A stretch of DNA of 64,000 bases. Origin: an uncultured Veillonellaceae bacterium (GTDB taxonomy: Bacteria > Bacillota > Negativicutes > UBA1444). Shown in pieces: positions 63,564-64,000 of this stretch. The DNA lies in NCBI GenBank assembly GCA_964601085.1, contig CAZRLN010000004.1, positions 13,614 to 77,613 on the forward strand, read 5' to 3'. The notes beneath the pieces were generated by a model that saw only the letters and a list, made by a program, of their open reading frames with translations, did not search any database and was not told where the DNA came from. Numbering within the stretch: the stretch's first letter is position 1; each line of letters opens with the position of its first letter. The position numbers were made by a program, and so were the translations under genes.

Positions 63564-64000
63564 TCAAAAATGGATCAACAACTGGGTTCGTATGAGGGGC
63601 TTTTTCAAGTCATACTCTTTGTTGTTAATCGAAGTGAAAACGGAGATTGTGGCATGAGGCGAAAGGTTGTACATCGCGCCAAAATTAAAGGCGCCGAAGC
63701 GTAGTCTATCACTTTCGTAGCCAACGGTAAACGACCAGTTATCGGTTAGCTTTTTATTGACGCTTGCCGCAAAAATTTTTTGTTCATACCCAAGAACTGT
63801 ATTGCGACTTACTCCATAGCCAATGCTGTATCGCGCGCCATTGACAGGCGGGGAATTTAACATTAGAATTTTCGTTCCATTGGCTTGAAACAGCTTGTTT
63901 ATCGGTTCAAAGTCATTGGAAAAATAGTAGCTGTTGAGTTCGTCCATTCCAATGGATGCCGACCAAATCGGCGATGCCGGTGAAGCCGTTACTGGAAGGG
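63564..64000 (-). CDS. outer-membrane beta-barrel-like protein, 5' end outside the window
   Basis: ORF is open to the right edge. Alternating hydrophobic pattern (WSFTVGYESD, FGAFNFGAMYNL) and C-terminal ...LLIHF, as in OMP beta-signals. Confidence 0.4.
   Translation of the reverse strand, partial: LPVTASPASPIWSASIGMDELNSYYFSNDFEPINKLFQANGTKILMLNSPPVNGARYSIGYGVSRNTVLGYEQKIFAASVNKKLTDNWSFTVGYESDRLRFGAFNFGAMYNLSPHATISVFTSINNKEYDLKKPLIRTQLLIHF

Overview
The window holds about 11.5 kb of host chromosome, then a prophage of about 40.3 kb, then about 12 kb more host chromosome. The strong GGAGG-type ribosome binding sites suggest a Firmicute host, and other features suggest it may be diderm (Negativicutes-like). 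The left host block encodes a glutamine synthetase fragment, a heterodimeric ABC exporter, an M20 amidohydrolase, a PaaI thioesterase, a TAXI-TRAP transporter, an acyl-CoA dehydrogenase and tRNA-Val(GAC). The prophage is integrated into the 3' half of tRNA-Val and is bracketed by a perfect 51-bp direct repeat (11585-11635 and 51886-51936). Reading left to right it carries these modules: (1) a tyrosine integrase; (2) a hicAB toxin-antitoxin pair with a canonical promoter; (3) a leftward lysogeny operon of XRE repressor, Bro-N/DinD-like protein, ImmA/IrrE metallopeptidase and a low-GC membrane protein; (4) a cro-like switch region with four TTGC-N6-GCAA operator-like palindromes; (5) an early region rich in small Cys-rich ORFs; (6) a DnaD-like replisome organizer, a DnaC-like loader and RusA; (7) terminase small and large subunits; (8) a T7-ordered virion module of portal, scaffold, capsid, gp11-like adaptor, gp12-like nozzle, gp13-16-like internal proteins and a gp17-like fibre, where the internal proteins include an NlpC/P60 protein and a 2183-aa giant protein with an HExxH motif, and the fibre has an AT-rich swapped distal part; (9) a lysis cassette with two lysins and two long overlapping reading frames that both look like envelope-spanning proteins. 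The right host block encodes a periplasmic binding protein, a GGDEF/HD-GYP protein, an RsmH-like methyltransferase, a carbamoyltransferase, a LysR regulator, a DctM-like permease, CitE/CitF-like genes and a partial beta-barrel-like ORF. All functional calls come from motif and pattern recognition in the supplied translations; no database search was run. No CRISPR array, rRNA or reverse transcriptase was seen.
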